Of a stretch of DNA of 64,000 nt, positions 47,716 through 60,831 are shown in pieces (the first letter of the stretch is position 1; every line of letters starts with the position of its first letter). The stretch lies in assembly GCF_004010195.1 (NCBI RefSeq), contig NC_057750.1, positions 9,176,457-9,240,456 on the forward strand, read 5' to 3'. Under the pieces are notes generated by a model. It ran no database searches. It was not told the DNA's origin and saw nothing but the letters and a program-made list of their open reading frames with translations. This DNA comes from Chiloscyllium plagiosum. Lineage: Eukaryota. Both the position numbers and the translations under genes were made by a program.

Positions 47716-48324
47716 ATGTAGAAAGGATAGCAGCCAATTCACACACAGGAAGCTCCGACAAGCAGCAATGGCTGAACGAGAAAGACTGGCCAGAATATCG
47801 AGGAGAAATCAGTCTCACTCATTTATAACAATGCTGTGCAGTCTTTACATCCAACTGAGAGGTAATATCTCCTTTAGCGCAAGTTGGACAGTGTGGCACT
47901 CCATCGGTACTTCACTGGGATACAAAACACGAATCCAGCCTCAATGCCTTTCTGGTTCAGAGGTGAAGACGCTATCCACTGATCTCCAGCTGATATACAC
48001 CTAGCAACGAGCCACTACCTAGAACAAGCCCCTGAAGGAATCTGACTTTGATTGTTCCCCATGCCCATTGAGGGGTCCTGCTTTATTTTTCACTCCAGCG
48101 ATGGTTTCCAGGCTCGAGGTAATCCACCCCGCACACCAGCAGGTTCGGAAGGCTCAGCGGTCAGGAGAACCGAGCTGTTAGATTTTATAAATCAGCAGAA
48201 TTATTGGAGGAGGGTGTCCTCAGGAAAGGATCCGATTTGGTAGGAGAGACAGAGGAACGCTTTGTGACTGGGCATCATGAGAAGGTGCAGTATGGTGTTC
48301 AGGCAGTGTCTTCCTGCGCTGAGG

Positions 48325-49100
48325 GACATTCCCAACCCAGGGAGATACAGAGTAAAGCTCCCGCCACACTGTCCCCATCAAACATTCCCTGGACAGGGAC
48401 AGCACAGGGTTAGGTACAGAGTAAAGCTCCCTCCACACTGTCCCCATCAAACATTCCCAGGACAGGGACAGCACAGGGTTAGGTACAGAGTGAAACTCCC
48501 TCTACACTGTCCCTATCAAACATTCCCAGGACAGGGACAGCATAGAGTTAGGTACAGAGTGAAACTCCCTCTACACTGTCCCCATCAAACATTCCCAGGA
48601 CAGGGACAGCACAGGGTTAGGTACAGAGTAAAGCTCCCGCCACACTGTCCCCATCAAACATTCCCAGGACAGGGACAGCACAGGGTTAGATACAGAGTAA
48701 ATCTCCCTCTACACTGTTCCCATCAAACATTCCCAGGACAGGGACAGCACAGGGTTAGGTACAGAGTAAAGCTCCCTCCACAATGTCCCCATCAAACACT
48801 CCCAGGACAGGGGCAGCATGGGGTTAGATACAGAGTAAAGCTCCCTCTACACTGTCCCCATCAAACACTCCCATGTCAGGGACAGCACGGGGTTAGATAC
48901 AGAGTAAAGCTCCCTCCACACTGTCCCCATCAAACACTCCCAGGACAGGGACAGCATGGGGTTAGATACAGAGTAAAGCTCCCTCTACACTGTCCCTATC
49001 AAACACTCCCAGGAGAGGGGCAGCACAGGGTTCGAAGCAGGGTTAAAGCTCTCTCTACACTGCCCCTATCGGACACTCCCAGAACAGGGAACAGCCCTTA
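48325..49100 (-). repeat. 69-bp minisatellite, ~11 copies (reverse complement of the 7587-8190 unit)
   Basis: tacag at 48346 and 48415 (period 69); produces the 23-aa repeat RVRYRVKLPPHCPHQTFPGQGQH. Confidence 0.96.
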
Positions 49101-49984
49101 TTCCAGATAGCTGGCGTCTTGGTGTCTGACCCAGTGCATTTCCCAGAATCAAAATTAGTTCGACTTCTCTCTCAACACTTTGTATTTTTGTTAAAAGCGC
49201 CATTGTTTTGGTTCCGGATTTTATTTTCTTAAAAAAAAAAACAACTTTTCACAGGTGGTTGGGTCATAAATAATTCATTTATTCATTAATTTCTTCAAGA
49301 ACCACAAAAAGATTTTTGCTGGGAGGTAATATTTAGGTACACAGCTCACAGGAGGTAAGAGCGGTGAAGATCACAACAGCAGGATGGTACAGGGGAAGGA
49401 AAGTGATGAGGGTACGTGGGCAGTGAGGATGCAATGTTACAAGTTGGAATCTTCTCCAACATGTGACTCGTGGTGGATGGACAGCTTGCTTTTTTGGCCT
49501 TGACTTAATCAGAAATCAAAAGCTCAGTGAGAGAAAAGCTCTGTTTGTAACAAAGAAAGGAAAGGTGTGTCTGTCTGGGAACGTTGCCATTGAGAGAGGG
49601 ACCTGTGGCCACTTCACCCCTTCTGACTCCTACGGCAATGACCCCTACGGTCTCATACACCCGTCCCACCACTCCACAGAACGCCTCCACTCACCCCTCA
49701 ACAATTCTCAGGACCCCTCCCACCTCACCCACTCTCTCAGAAGACAGAGTTCCATCTAAAACATCCCAATGCCCCCCACATACCACTAGCCTTTTCACTA
49801 CACTCCTGCCAGAACTCGGCGCAAAATGCCAACTCCCTCACAGCCTCCCCCAATGCCCCTAAACCCCTCACAACCTCCATAATGCCCACTAAAACAGCCC
49901 CATAACCTTCACCATCTTCACTGCAATCCTGTCACCATCTTCAAGTATATCTAGCAAACCTACCCGTCCCTCCCAATTTCACCA

Positions 49985-50745
49985 NNNNNNNNNNNNNNNN
50001 NNNNNNNNNNNNNNNNNNNNNNNNNNNNNNNNNNNNNNNNNNNNNNNNNNNNNNNNNNNNNNNNNNNNNNNNNNNNNNNNNNNNNNNNNNNNNNNNNNNN
50101 NNNNNNNNNNNNNNNNNNNNNNNNNNNNNNNNNNNNNNNNNNNNNNNNNNNNNNNNNNNNNNNNNNNNNNNNNNNNNNNNNNNNNNNNNNNNNNNNNNNN
50201 NNNNNNNNNNNNNNNNNNNNNNNNNNNNNNNNNNNNNNNNNNNNNNNNNNNNNNNNNNNNNNNNNNNNNNNNNNNNNNNNNNNNNNNNNNNNNNNNNNNN
50301 NNNNNNNNNNNNNNNNNNNNNNNNNNNNNNNNNNNNNNNNNNNNNNNNNNNNNNNNNNNNNNNNNNNNNNNNNNNNNNNNNNNNNNNNNNNNNNNNNNNN
50401 NNNNNNNNNNNNNNNNNNNNNNNNNNNNNNNNNNNNNNNNNNNNNNNNNNNNNNNNNNNNNNNNNNNNNNNNNNNNNNNNNNNNNNNNNNNNNNNNNNNN
50501 NNNNNNNNNNNNNNNNNNNNNNNNNNNNNNNNNNNNNNNNNNNNNNNNNNNNNNNNNNNNNNNNNNNNNNNNNNNNNNNNNNNNNNNNNNNNNNNNNNNN
50601 NNNNNNNNNNNNNNNNNNNNNNNNNNNNNNNNNNNNNNNNNNNNNNNNNNNNNNNNNNNNNNNNNNNNNNNNNNNNNNNNNNNNNNNNNNNNNNNNNNNN
50701 NNNNNNNNNNNNNNNNNNNNNNNNNNNNNNNNNNNNNNNNNNNNN
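49985..50745. other. Assembly gap (N run)
   Basis: Ns; right flank is a tandem repeat. Confidence 1.
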
Positions 50746-50940
50746 CACTCCCAATCCCCATTCCATCACACTCACTCCCCATTCCAACACTCCCACTCCC
50801 CATTCCAACACTCCCAATCCCCATTCCAACACACTCACTCCCCACTCCAACACCAATCCCCATTCCAACACTCCAAACCCATTCCAACACTCCCAATCCC
50901 CATTCCAACATGCTTAATCCCTGTTCCAGCACTCCCATTT
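50746..50940. repeat. ~21-bp minisatellite CTCCCAATCCCCATTCCAACA bordering the gap
   Basis: Direct reading; probably continues into the gap. Confidence 0.9.
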
Positions 50941-51680
50941 GCAAGTGTGCAAGTGCAAGTACACCACCTACAATTCCCATTCTAACTGTCTCAACAGAGA
51001 TTTTGGAACTGGGCCTCACCTGGCCATCGCGGGATCTTTGTGACTGACAGACACTGCTCTGTTATTGCCTGATTATGGACTGCTCCCCAATGGCGTTGCA
51101 GTCACCCTGAGAGACGAGATGTCAGCCATGACCACACCGTGAGCCATCACCCACCGCAGCTTTAACTGTTGGGGCACAGCACGCTGACAGGAGAAGGCAA
51201 AGAAGTCAGAATTGATGAGGTGGACCAGGGGCTTACTGCCCAGGATCATTTCCCAGGACGATGTTTACAGGGAGCAGGGAAATAGATGGGCTACAAGAAG
51301 TGGTTTCTGCCAGTTTGTCACAATGTCAACGATGGCTGTGTTCTCTCCAAGCTGCGAGATGTGTAATAATTCACAAGTGGTCCATGCAGGCCATTAGCCC
51401 CCCCTCCAAAGTGACCAGGACGAAAACATCGAGAGGAGCCGCACAGTGAAACAGAGAGAGAAAAGATCTGAGGCAACAGTGGACATTCCGGACCAATTTC
51501 TGGATGCAATGTCCGCTCGCTAACTCCTGCTGGATAATGCCATGGAAAGTGGTCTGCCCTGCAGGTTGTTTAACTCCCCGCTATCTCAGGGTCGTCGTAA
51601 CAATTGCGCACCAAAGCTTGACATAGGTAGCAGGAGAAACAGAGCCCTCTCTCCCACGTCATAGAATACCAGCTACAGGT

Positions 51681-51875
51681 AGTAGAAAGTGAGGACTGCA
51701 GATGCTGGACATCAGAGTCGAGAGTGTGGTGCTGGAAAAGCACAGCAGGTCAGGCAGCATTAGGGGAGCAGGAGAGTTGACGTTTCAGGCATTCCTGATG
51801 AAGGACTTATGCCCGAAATGTCAATTCTCCTGCTCCTCAGATGCTGCCCGACCTGCTGTGCTTTTCCAGCACCTC
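51681..51875. mobile_element. 195-bp inverted-repeat pLTR element with hammerhead core (51795-51822) and 16-bp TSD
   Basis: AATACCAGCTACAGGT at 51665-51680 and 51876-51891; arms are reverse complements; core CTGATGA-A-GGAC-ttat-GCCC-GAAA-TGTC. Confidence 0.8.
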
Positions 51876-53182
51876 AATACCAGCTACAGGTTTGACGCCA
51901 AATAGAGATTCTTGTTTAATTCATTCACGGGAAGAGGGCGCCACTGGGTCGGCCAGTAGTTACCTTGTTGGAAGTCAGAACGAGATGACTGGGAAGACAT
52001 TGCTTTCCTGCGTAATCCCCGACCTGTGTGCTCCAAGCCAGTCGGAGTGGCTAGCCTCAGGCTTTAGTCATCCTCACAGCCAGAAGGCAACTTGGTTAAA
52101 ACTAACAACCTGAGCAAGGGCTGAGACTGCACAGAGCTCTGAGAGTGACAATCCATCTAGACAACCATTTCTGACCTCTGTAACCATACGTAACAAGAAT
52201 TGACTTGAGTTTTTATCTATTTCTATAGGAATGCCTGCTTTTATAAATCTCTCAGCTATAACTCTCTTTGTTACTTACTCCACCCTCAATACATTTCAGG
52301 ATTCTCACTGTAATCCCTCTTTCTGAAACAAATTCCAATGGTCAGTAAGTTTTTTTGTTTGTGCGATTAGGGTGTTATTGGTCAGCAATTATTACCCATT
52401 CCTAATTGCCCAGAGAGTGGTTAAGAGTCAACCATACTGCTGTGTGTCTGAAATGACTGGTATAAGACTGTCAGTTGTTACACACTCTCTCGTAAATATC
52501 CCACCGTCTAAGTCTCTCAGTTATAACACTCTTGCTGTTATATGCTGGCCTTCAGTATAAGACTCCATGTTATAAAACTGTTACATGTCCTACCATTAAT
52601 ATAAGGCTCTATCTTATAACACTCTGTTAAATATCTCACTCTCAGTAGAAGACTGTATATGTAACACTCTTTATTACATATACCACCGTTGTAATACTTT
52701 CTGTGCTACACCCTGACCTCAAATAAGGTGTGAGTGTATAATCTTCATTATCTTCCTTGTTAATCTGCATTGAGAATACTTTCAAGTCGCCTGACCCAAG
52801 ACACTGGCTTATTTGATGTTAGTGGACAATACTGCCAGGCGACATGGCAAAAAATGTTCAGCAAGATGCACCCTTCAAAACGACGGCCTGAGCTCCAGTC
52901 TCTCATCATCTTTCCACTCACAGGTCTCTGGAATGTTGTCAGGAAGCACATCTCCACACAGAGGTTGGGGGAGACCTGGAATTCTCTCCCCGAGAAAACT
53001 GCTGACTGGAGAGAAGAGGGCCCGTTGAAAATTTCAGAACGGGTTTCAGTCTGGCTTTTGTTAGACATGGTAATGAAACCAAGACAGGGAAATGGGGTTA
53101 AGGTACAAGTCAGTGATGAGAAAATGGAATGCTGGAACTGCCTCAAGAGGTTGAACGGCTTTCTCTATGTTCCCGTTATACA

Positions 53183-53590
53183 ATCATAGAGTTATACAGC
53201 ACGGAAACAGACTCTTTGGTCCAACCAGTCATGCCCACCATAATCCCAAGTTAGTCCCACCCCTGCTCCTGGCCCATATCCCTCCAAACCTTTCCTATTC
53301 GTGGACCTACCCAAATGTCTTTCAAACTTTGCAACTGTATCCACACCCACCACTTCCTTCGGAGATTCATTCCACATACACTCTCTGTGTAAAAATGTTT
53401 CCCTCATGTCTTTTTAAAATCTTTCTGCTCTCACTTAAAAAAATATGCCCCCTAGTCTTGAAATCCCCCACCCTAGGGAAAAGACACCTGCCTATTCACC
53501 TTACCTATACCCCTCATTAGTTTATAAACCTCCATCAGGTCACCCCTCAACCTCCTACGCTCCAGTGAAAACTGTCCCAGCCTTTGCAGT
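53183..53590 (-). mobile_element. CR1/HER1-like LINE 3' fragment
   Basis: atcatagagttatacagcacggaaacagac terminus; WNESPKEVV...FERHLG. Confidence 0.88.
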
Positions 53591-54283
53591 CTTTCTCTGA
53601 GCAACTGTCTTTGTTCCTGGTATTAAGCCACTGCCTCTTGCAGTTCTATACATGATGGTCATACTCTAGGCACCGTGCCCATTTGTGTAAGAGTTTAAAC
53701 ACTGTTAACAGGATGTTGGACCTTAATGGGCATTGACACAGGAAACTTCTAATCTCTTCTCACTCAATGGCATTGGCTGGAGATTGAAGAGCCAATTCTT
53801 TGACCTGTTTTGACTGGTGGGATCCCATGAGGCTGAATGTGAAGGTCCAAATCTTGCCCAGGCCTAGAATCAGTAACCTCGTACTCTCTGGGAGTTAAGC
53901 ACTGAACATTCATGGTCAATGGGCCCCCAACATCAACGGTTAATTATATGGGAAACAGGTCATTCAGCCCAACCGGCCGATTTGCCATCTCCAGCCCAGT
54001 CATGCCTCCCTCCTGTTTATCTCATCCAAATCCTTCATTGTCATCCTCCATTCCCTTATCTAGTTTCCTTTAAATGTATCCACACCATTCACTTTAACTA
54101 CTCCCTCTGGGAGTGAGGTCCATTCCCACCCCTCTGTTGGTGAAGACATTTCCTCCAAATCCCTGATTGGAACTTGTTTTAAGAGACTATTTTATATTGG
54201 CGCCTCTAGTTATGCTCTTCCCCACTCTCTTGTATCCGGTCAGTCAAAACCATTTTAAAGACCTTGGGTAGGCATTCCTCACT

Positions 54284-54570
54284 GGGGTGGCAGGATGGCT
54301 CAGTGGTTAGCACAGTGCCAGAGACCCGGGTTCGATTCGGGTGACCTCGGATGCCTGTCTGTATGAAGTTTGCACGTTCTCCCTGTGTCTGTGTGGATTT
54401 CCTCCCACAGTCCAAAGATGAGCAGGTTTAGGTGGATTGGCCATGGTAAATTGCCCAATAGTGTGCAGGCTGGGTGGATTAGGCATGGGGAATGCAGGGA
54501 TCGGGTGTGGGTCTGGGTGGGATGCACTTTGGAGGGTTGGTATGGACTTGATATGCCAAAAGGTCTGTTC
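54284..54570 (+). mobile_element. HE1-like SINE
   Basis: ggggtggcaggatggctcagtggttagcac head and ggttcgattc B-box. Confidence 0.88.
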
Positions 54571-54944
54571 TACCCCTCAGCCGTCCCTTTTTCAGATAGA
54601 ACAGACGCAGTCTCTCAACCCTTCCCTAGTGTTGTCCCACACATTTCTGGGGTCACCATTCTCTGTGCTCTCCATCCTTACAATAATTGCACACAATACT
54701 CCAGGTCTGACTTAACCAAAGATCAATACAGGTTGCCCCTTCTTTCCAATTCTAGAAATGAACCCCAGTGTTTTATTGTCAGGGTCTAATTAATCTGAGG
54801 TGCTGCTTTTACTCGTTGGTGCATTTGTACTCCACACTGTGATTTTACTCCTTCTTGCCTCATCCCTCCCAAGAGACAAGTGACCAAAGGACAATGACCC
54901 AAATAAATACATGGGTTCTGTTTGCATGGCAGCACTGCTCTTGA

Positions 54945-55425
54945 ACGGAAACATACCCTTCGGTCCAACTCATCCGCACCAGCCAGACATCCCAACTGAC
55001 CTAGTCCCATTTGCCAGCACCCGGCCCATAACCCTCTACACTCTTCTTATTCATAAACCCATCCAGATGTCTTTTAAATGTTGTAATTGTCCAGCCTCCA
55101 CCACTTTCTCTGGTAGCTTGTTCCACACATGCGTGTAAAAGTTGCCCCTCAGGTCCTTTTTAAATCGTTCCCCTCTCATCTTAAACCTATGCCCTCTAGT
55201 TTTGGACTCCCCTAACCCAGGGGAAAGTCCTATCTATTTACCCTATCCATGCCCCTCATGATTTTACAAACCTCTATAAGATCACCGCTCAGCCTCTGAT
55301 GCTCCAAAGAAAACAGCCCAGCCTATTCAGCCTCTCCCTCTAACTGAGACACTCTAACATCAGCAATAGCCTTTTCTGCACCCTTTCAAATTTAACAACA
55401 TCCTTCCAATAGAAGTCGACTAGAT
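54945..55425 (-). mobile_element. CR1/HER1-like LINE 3' fragment
   Basis: Same sequence family as 47215-47715. Confidence 0.88.
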
Positions 55426-56135
55426 TGTACATGAAGATCCCACTCATTTCCCTTAATGAAGATCAAATGCCATATCTTTTCAATTCATTGTTTTTGATCA
55501 AAATGCTGCTATGATGCCTGTATAGGTGACAATTGTCCAAATGACCCAGAAAGTCTGATAGAGGTGAAGATCAAACTAGAGACAGAATACAATCTGACCC
55601 AAACCCCAGTGCTGGTCTTCATGCTGTGCTAGTCAATTGTCGTGGGAGGTCTTCTGAATGCTTGGTATCAGTCCACGCCTCTGACCCAGAAGCTCTGAGG
55701 TTAGAGTTCGCCTCAGGGCTTCTCAGCGTGGGAATCCTGTCAACACATATCAATGAGATGGAGAGCAGGAGGTGCTCCTAGTCAGCTACCTACAGAAGGC
55801 AAGTGCAAGCCACTGCAGTACCTGACCCCAAGTATGGCCATGAAGTCGATGCTCACCAATGTACTCTCAGGGACTGAGGCCAGGAGAGAGACAGAGAGTG
55901 AATGGTCCTACTGACTGGGCCTTTTTTTCCCTCTCCAGTTTAGCAGCAACTGAGGATCAAGTCTAGGACTTTCCCTGAATAGCAGTCTTGATTTCACAAT
56001 AGATACCCCCTTTTTTGCTAAGGGGAGACACGTTCGAAGTGCATTTTGCAGCCTCTGATTTGTACTGGGCTATTTTTATACAGTCTGCACAATCGACCCA
56101 ATCAGATAGAGACATCTGTGACCCTCCTTCTGCCA

Positions 56136-56491
56136 TATGGTTGCCAATCCTTTCAGGACTGACTTGGAGGCTTGAGGAATTGGAGTTTAATTCCCACTAA
56201 TCGGTTGTGAGATGACCCTAGGAGGAAAGGTAGCATTAAATAAGTCGTATCGCCATGACTTCCTTGAATTGCACCCGTTTATCATTGTGAAAATATTGGA
56301 TATGAGAACAAAGGCAGCTGACTGATGAGAAATCATCCGGTTGGGAGACAGAAAATCTGTTTGCTTTCTAACTGGCCCTGGGGAAGGGACGTTAAGTTGT
56401 TAGAAGACCAAAGGCACCCATGTGAGGAAGGCTGAAGGTGGCCAAGTTAGGAAACCTCCAGGAATAGATGCAACCATAGTTGCCAACCCTG
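56136..56491. mobile_element. Possible degenerate MITE
   Basis: Imperfect terminal inverted repeats ggttgccaa (56139) / ttgccaaccct (56480); no TSD verified. Confidence 0.35.
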
Positions 56492-57500
56492 GAAGTCTTA
56501 CGGGGCAATAGGTAGCGTCCGTGCTGCGGATCAGCAGCTCCGGGTTTTAAGTCCCACCCCAGGACACAGCAACCATGAGAGCAATTTCGTAATATGACCA
56601 AAGACATCAATCTGTAAAATTCTCCCGATATTCCAAAGGCAGGGAGACAGAGTGGGAATTTCCTGGTCAGCCAGCACTGTGGGGTAACTGGAGTGCAACA
56701 GTCTCCCCAACATAAACTGACTCCACTCTCAGGTCCTCACCATGAGCCACATCCTTGTTCTGATGGACTACCAGAGAGGAGGCAATCCCATGCTAATATT
56801 TGCCAACACCCACGTACGTCTACATCCAAGGACAGTTTGCACCAAGCTGCGAGGGGTCGGGGGGGGGTGGGGAGCGAGTAAGGCACTGACTAGGTCTCAT
56901 CACCTCCCTGGTTCTCTTTACCTTCTGTAGGGGTGGCCATTTCTCGCAGCTTCTTCCTCCAACTCCACCCACCTCCCCCAATACCCTTCAACTTTGCCCA
57001 TTCATTCCAGACCCTGCCTATGCAGCGGGAGGTGGGGGGGAAAAATGCTTCGGTGAACGAAGGCACCCATTTCCTTCCAACCCTAATCCAATCCAACTCC
57101 TCTACAAGATTTGGTGAGTGTTGAGTATAGGAGGTGAATGATTTTCTGAAAGCAGGAGAACAAAAGGTGGGAGGTAGGGGTGGGGGAAGTTGGGCGAGTG
57201 GGGGAGATTGTGTGGTTTGTAAGTAAAATGCGTCATTAGATGGACTGAGATTAGTGATATGCGAGAAAAATGCGACAGGACACAACAAGATGCAATGAAC
57301 GAACCACATTTATATGTGAAATGAGTAAATATAATAGCAAGCAATGCAGACCTCACAAGTTAATACAACTCAGCATTAAACATACACATTCTACAGAACA
57401 TCATTGATAAATAGCTATCACCAGATCAACTAAAACCAAATGTAATTTTACCGATATTGAAATAACTATCGATAACAGCATTCCAGTATTCCCTTTAATC

Positions 57501-57511
57501 TTTATTTTATT
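57501..57511 (-). promoter_or_regulatory. Overlapping AATAAA polyadenylation signals in an AT-rich putative 3' UTR
   Basis: Plus-strand tttattttatt, ~400 nt downstream of the putative stop codon in a repeat-free, UTR-like tract. Confidence 0.5.
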
Positions 57512-57907
57512 TTTCTCCAAAATCTGTACTTTTTCGTTGTTGAAATAAATACTTTTGTTTCTTTTAAAATGCAGCAACAATCCGATGCAAAAACAGAAAA
57601 AGGAAACGAGTAGAGGAAATATTAGCCCCAGTCCTCCACTGTCGTCACAGCATCTGCCAGACGGTTATTTACAGCGAATTATGGGGAGCGCTTGGCAAAG
57701 GTTTGGGGAGGTCAGAGGGAACGTGGGTCACAATGACAAGCACGCGGTAGTCCTAAAATATAATTTCCATTCTTAAAATTAAAAAAAAAAGGTCAATTGC
57801 ACATTTTTTTTTGTCAGAAACAATGGAAATGAGGACTCGAACCACACAAGCGTTTTGTTTTAACTGAATGGACCTTCAAAGGGGTAAAGGTCTTGATGGT
57901 TGAGAGG

Positions 57908-57947
57908 TCAGAGTTCGGAGTTCGAGCCCTCTTGCTCGTACACTTCA
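57908..57947 (-). CDS. Putative terminal coding exon of an unidentified host gene: (N)EVYEQEGSNSEL*
   Basis: Acceptor ctttcttcttgaccatccccatacgtAG, phase 2, TGA at 57908-57910, followed by UTR-like sequence. Confidence 0.6.
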
Positions 57948-58345
57948 CTACGTATGGGGATGGTCAAGAAGAAAGTGCAAGTAAAACAGCAAATTGCAAA
58001 TGATCATGATATGTTAAGGTTAAAACGCAGGGACGGGTTTCTGTGACGTTGAAGAGATGGCAATGGAGTTGTTGGATAAGCCTTCAATCTAGTCAGTGCT
58101 AATTTGCCAATCCCTTACAAAACATTTCATGATAATGATTCCCGGTATGGAATGAAATAAATGAAAAAGGTAAAAAAAATGGACGGTTCAGTCATTCGAC
58201 AAAGGAAGTCAACGGTTGACTCCGGATTTGGCACTCTTAAGCACAAGGGGTTAAAAAAAAAAGCAAGGTAGGATTTCGAGAAGGGCTTCCCCTTCCTTAG
58301 AAATAATCCCACCATTCATAGCCCGCTTTTTCAAAAGGTACGTAC

Positions 58346-58378
58346 TTATCCTCAAAAAGCAGGTTTGGCTGGTTGGCA
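58346..58378 (-). CDS. Putative penultimate 33-nt exon (x)ANQPNLLFED(N); 5' boundary uncertain (alternative AG gives start 58385)
   Basis: Donor AA|GTACGT; phase 2 joins in frame to the terminal exon (AA+T = Asn). Confidence 0.5.
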
Positions 58379-60653
58379 CTGAATCCTAATGCCCAGTCAC
58401 ATCCCCAGAAGGAAAGACCAGTAAAAATAGTGCATGAAACACACTGGCCCAATTCATCTCAAACTTCAATAATGACCAGTATGTCTGTTTCCAAGTACTA
58501 CCACATTTTATTTTAAATCAGCTTTTCCTCTGGGATGCCTACCCCCTTATATGGGTTGGATACAGGACTTCAACGGATAGAAGAAATAACATAACTAAAA
58601 TGGCAGTGGCATTCACCTAGAGTTGAACATCATCAGACTAATTGGTCCAACAAGTGTTTGGGTGGGGTGGGGGAGGCACTGAACAATTCCTGGTTAACAA
58701 TTCCTATCAATACCCATTTCCAAATCACCTCCATAAGGTTGAGAACTGTGCCACCGAGGACAAGATAGAGAGCACACTGGTGAAGGAGATCTGGTTACCC
58801 AGTGGAGTTTGTTTGCTCTCCAGCCACATCCCTGTACAGTATCAATCTGGAGCCTTCATTGATCCAATCTCATCATTCCTCACCCCCACCCCACCCCAGA
58901 CCCTAACCTCCCCTTTCTTCCACTGGACCTGCTGGAAGGAACAAACAGAGATATTAGGGATCGCTTTGTGAATACAAAAACATAAACAATAGTAGCAGGC
59001 CATTCATCCCTCTAGCCTATGGTGCTATCCAGTAAGAGCTTGGCTGATCTTTACCTCAACTCAAAATACCCAACCAATTCCTTGATTCCCCAGCGAGTTC
59101 CAAGTTCTCTCCCGGAGTGTTAAGTTAGGGTTTTTCTAGGTAGGATTTATTAAAAATTGTTAAGCTACATTCCGAGTCCCAGGCTAAAATTGCTGCCTCA
59201 GATTAATGTCTAGACACTTAAAATGCTGTTTCACAAATTGAATGGATCAATGCATCTATTTCAGGGCAACTCTACACAGGGGGAAATGTCTTCAACAAAG
59301 TCATAGGGATTGTGGTTTCAGTAATTTATGAGAATGATTTACATTCAATCTAAGAGATTACTGACTAAAAAGAATCACTGGTTAGCGCAATCAGGCAAAC
59401 AGGATAATTCTGAAACCTATCAATCTCTCATTGAGGAAGATACCAACTAAGTGAAACAGGTCAAGGGAAGTAAATTATTTGTGACTGAGGTGGTTGTTGT
59501 AGGTGAACCTTAGCTTTAAGTGAATTCACCTTTCGGAGTCCATGCTGTGTTTGTAAACAATGCTGAGACTCTGCCTGCCTTTTAGTGTCCTATGGGTCTG
59601 TAAGTTACACACACACAATAAATCAGTTGGTTTGTTGTAATTGCTCCTTCGTAACTTAATGTGTTTTACTGTTTCAAACAAACCAACCTGCAGAGTTAAT
59701 CAATCCCTGATGAGTGATTAGACCATTATCTTGAAGATGTCAGTTGTAATATGGTTAAGGGAACCATGAGAAGGCAAGGATCTGAGCGATTGAATTGTGA
59801 AGATGAAGGCTAATGTATGGTGGCTGCCTCATTCCATGTCCTTTACAGGATGAGACTAGTTTTTGGTGATGGTAAATTATTACCCTTATCCAATTTTCAT
59901 TTCCGTGCATAGAATTGAAAATAACATTGATCAGGGACTGATTCCCTGTTGTCCAGGCTCAATTCCAGCTCTCAAGACCTCCATCTCAGATTACTGAGTC
60001 AAATAACTTAAGGTTTGGGAAAGGGCTTTTTTTAAGCAGGAATGAAGCCTCACTTGCAGATCCATTCTCACAAAGATTACTTCCAATGATCTCAGTTTTA
60101 AACTGTGATGACTCTCTGTGACACATTCATGCTGTCACTCTGTCCGTTTTTTCCTTTCGACCTTATCTCTTGGAGTTAAGGTCTCTGCAAAAGGAAATGG
60201 TCTTGTCCCCCTTATACCCAGCGGTTATTGTCGGATCTGGCCCCACCCGGACATTACGGATGTGAGGGTGATTTAAGAGCAGGACGTTTGCAACCAGACA
60301 CACTCATACTCAGAGCCACAGAGTCTCAAACTGTAATGACAATGGCTAATCAAAATGATGGGAAGAACTAAAACTGCTCAGATTGTGGTTATGCAGCAAG
60401 TCTGATTAACTCAATGACTGGAGTCTTGGTAATCATGGATGGGAGGATAATTGCTAGCTCATGGAGAGGGTATTGGTCGCTTGACAACGGGATTGATCGC
60501 TCGTTGACAGAATTGGTAACCCCACAATGGAGTATGATACATTAAAAATACATTAAAATCCTGATAACTCATGCCCGTCTGGATGTTCGTGGTAACAAAA
60601 TGGTCATTTTTAACATACTAGAAAGTTTAAAAGGAAACATTTCAAACAAACAA

Positions 60654-60831
60654 TGCACAGATGTGCAGGTCAGGTGAATTGGTCATGCTAAACTGCCCAT
60701 AGTGTTAGGTGCATTAGTCAGGGGTAAATATAGGGTTGGGGAATGGGTCTGGGTGGGTTGCTCTTCGGAGGGTAGGTGTGGACTTGTTGGGCCGAAGGGC
60801 CTGTTTCCACACTGTTGGGGAATCTAATCTA
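60654..60831 (+). mobile_element. HE1-like SINE 3' half
   Basis: gatgtgcaggtcaggtgaattgg...cctgtttccacactgttggggaatctaatct. Confidence 0.88.

Noticed and set aside
48277..49110. 277-aa ORF with a 23-aa His/Cys repeat
   Set aside because: It is the 69-bp dispersed minisatellite, also present in reverse at 7587-8190.
49960..51019. 303- and 346-aa ORFs
   Set aside because: They are mostly N-gap plus a minisatellite.
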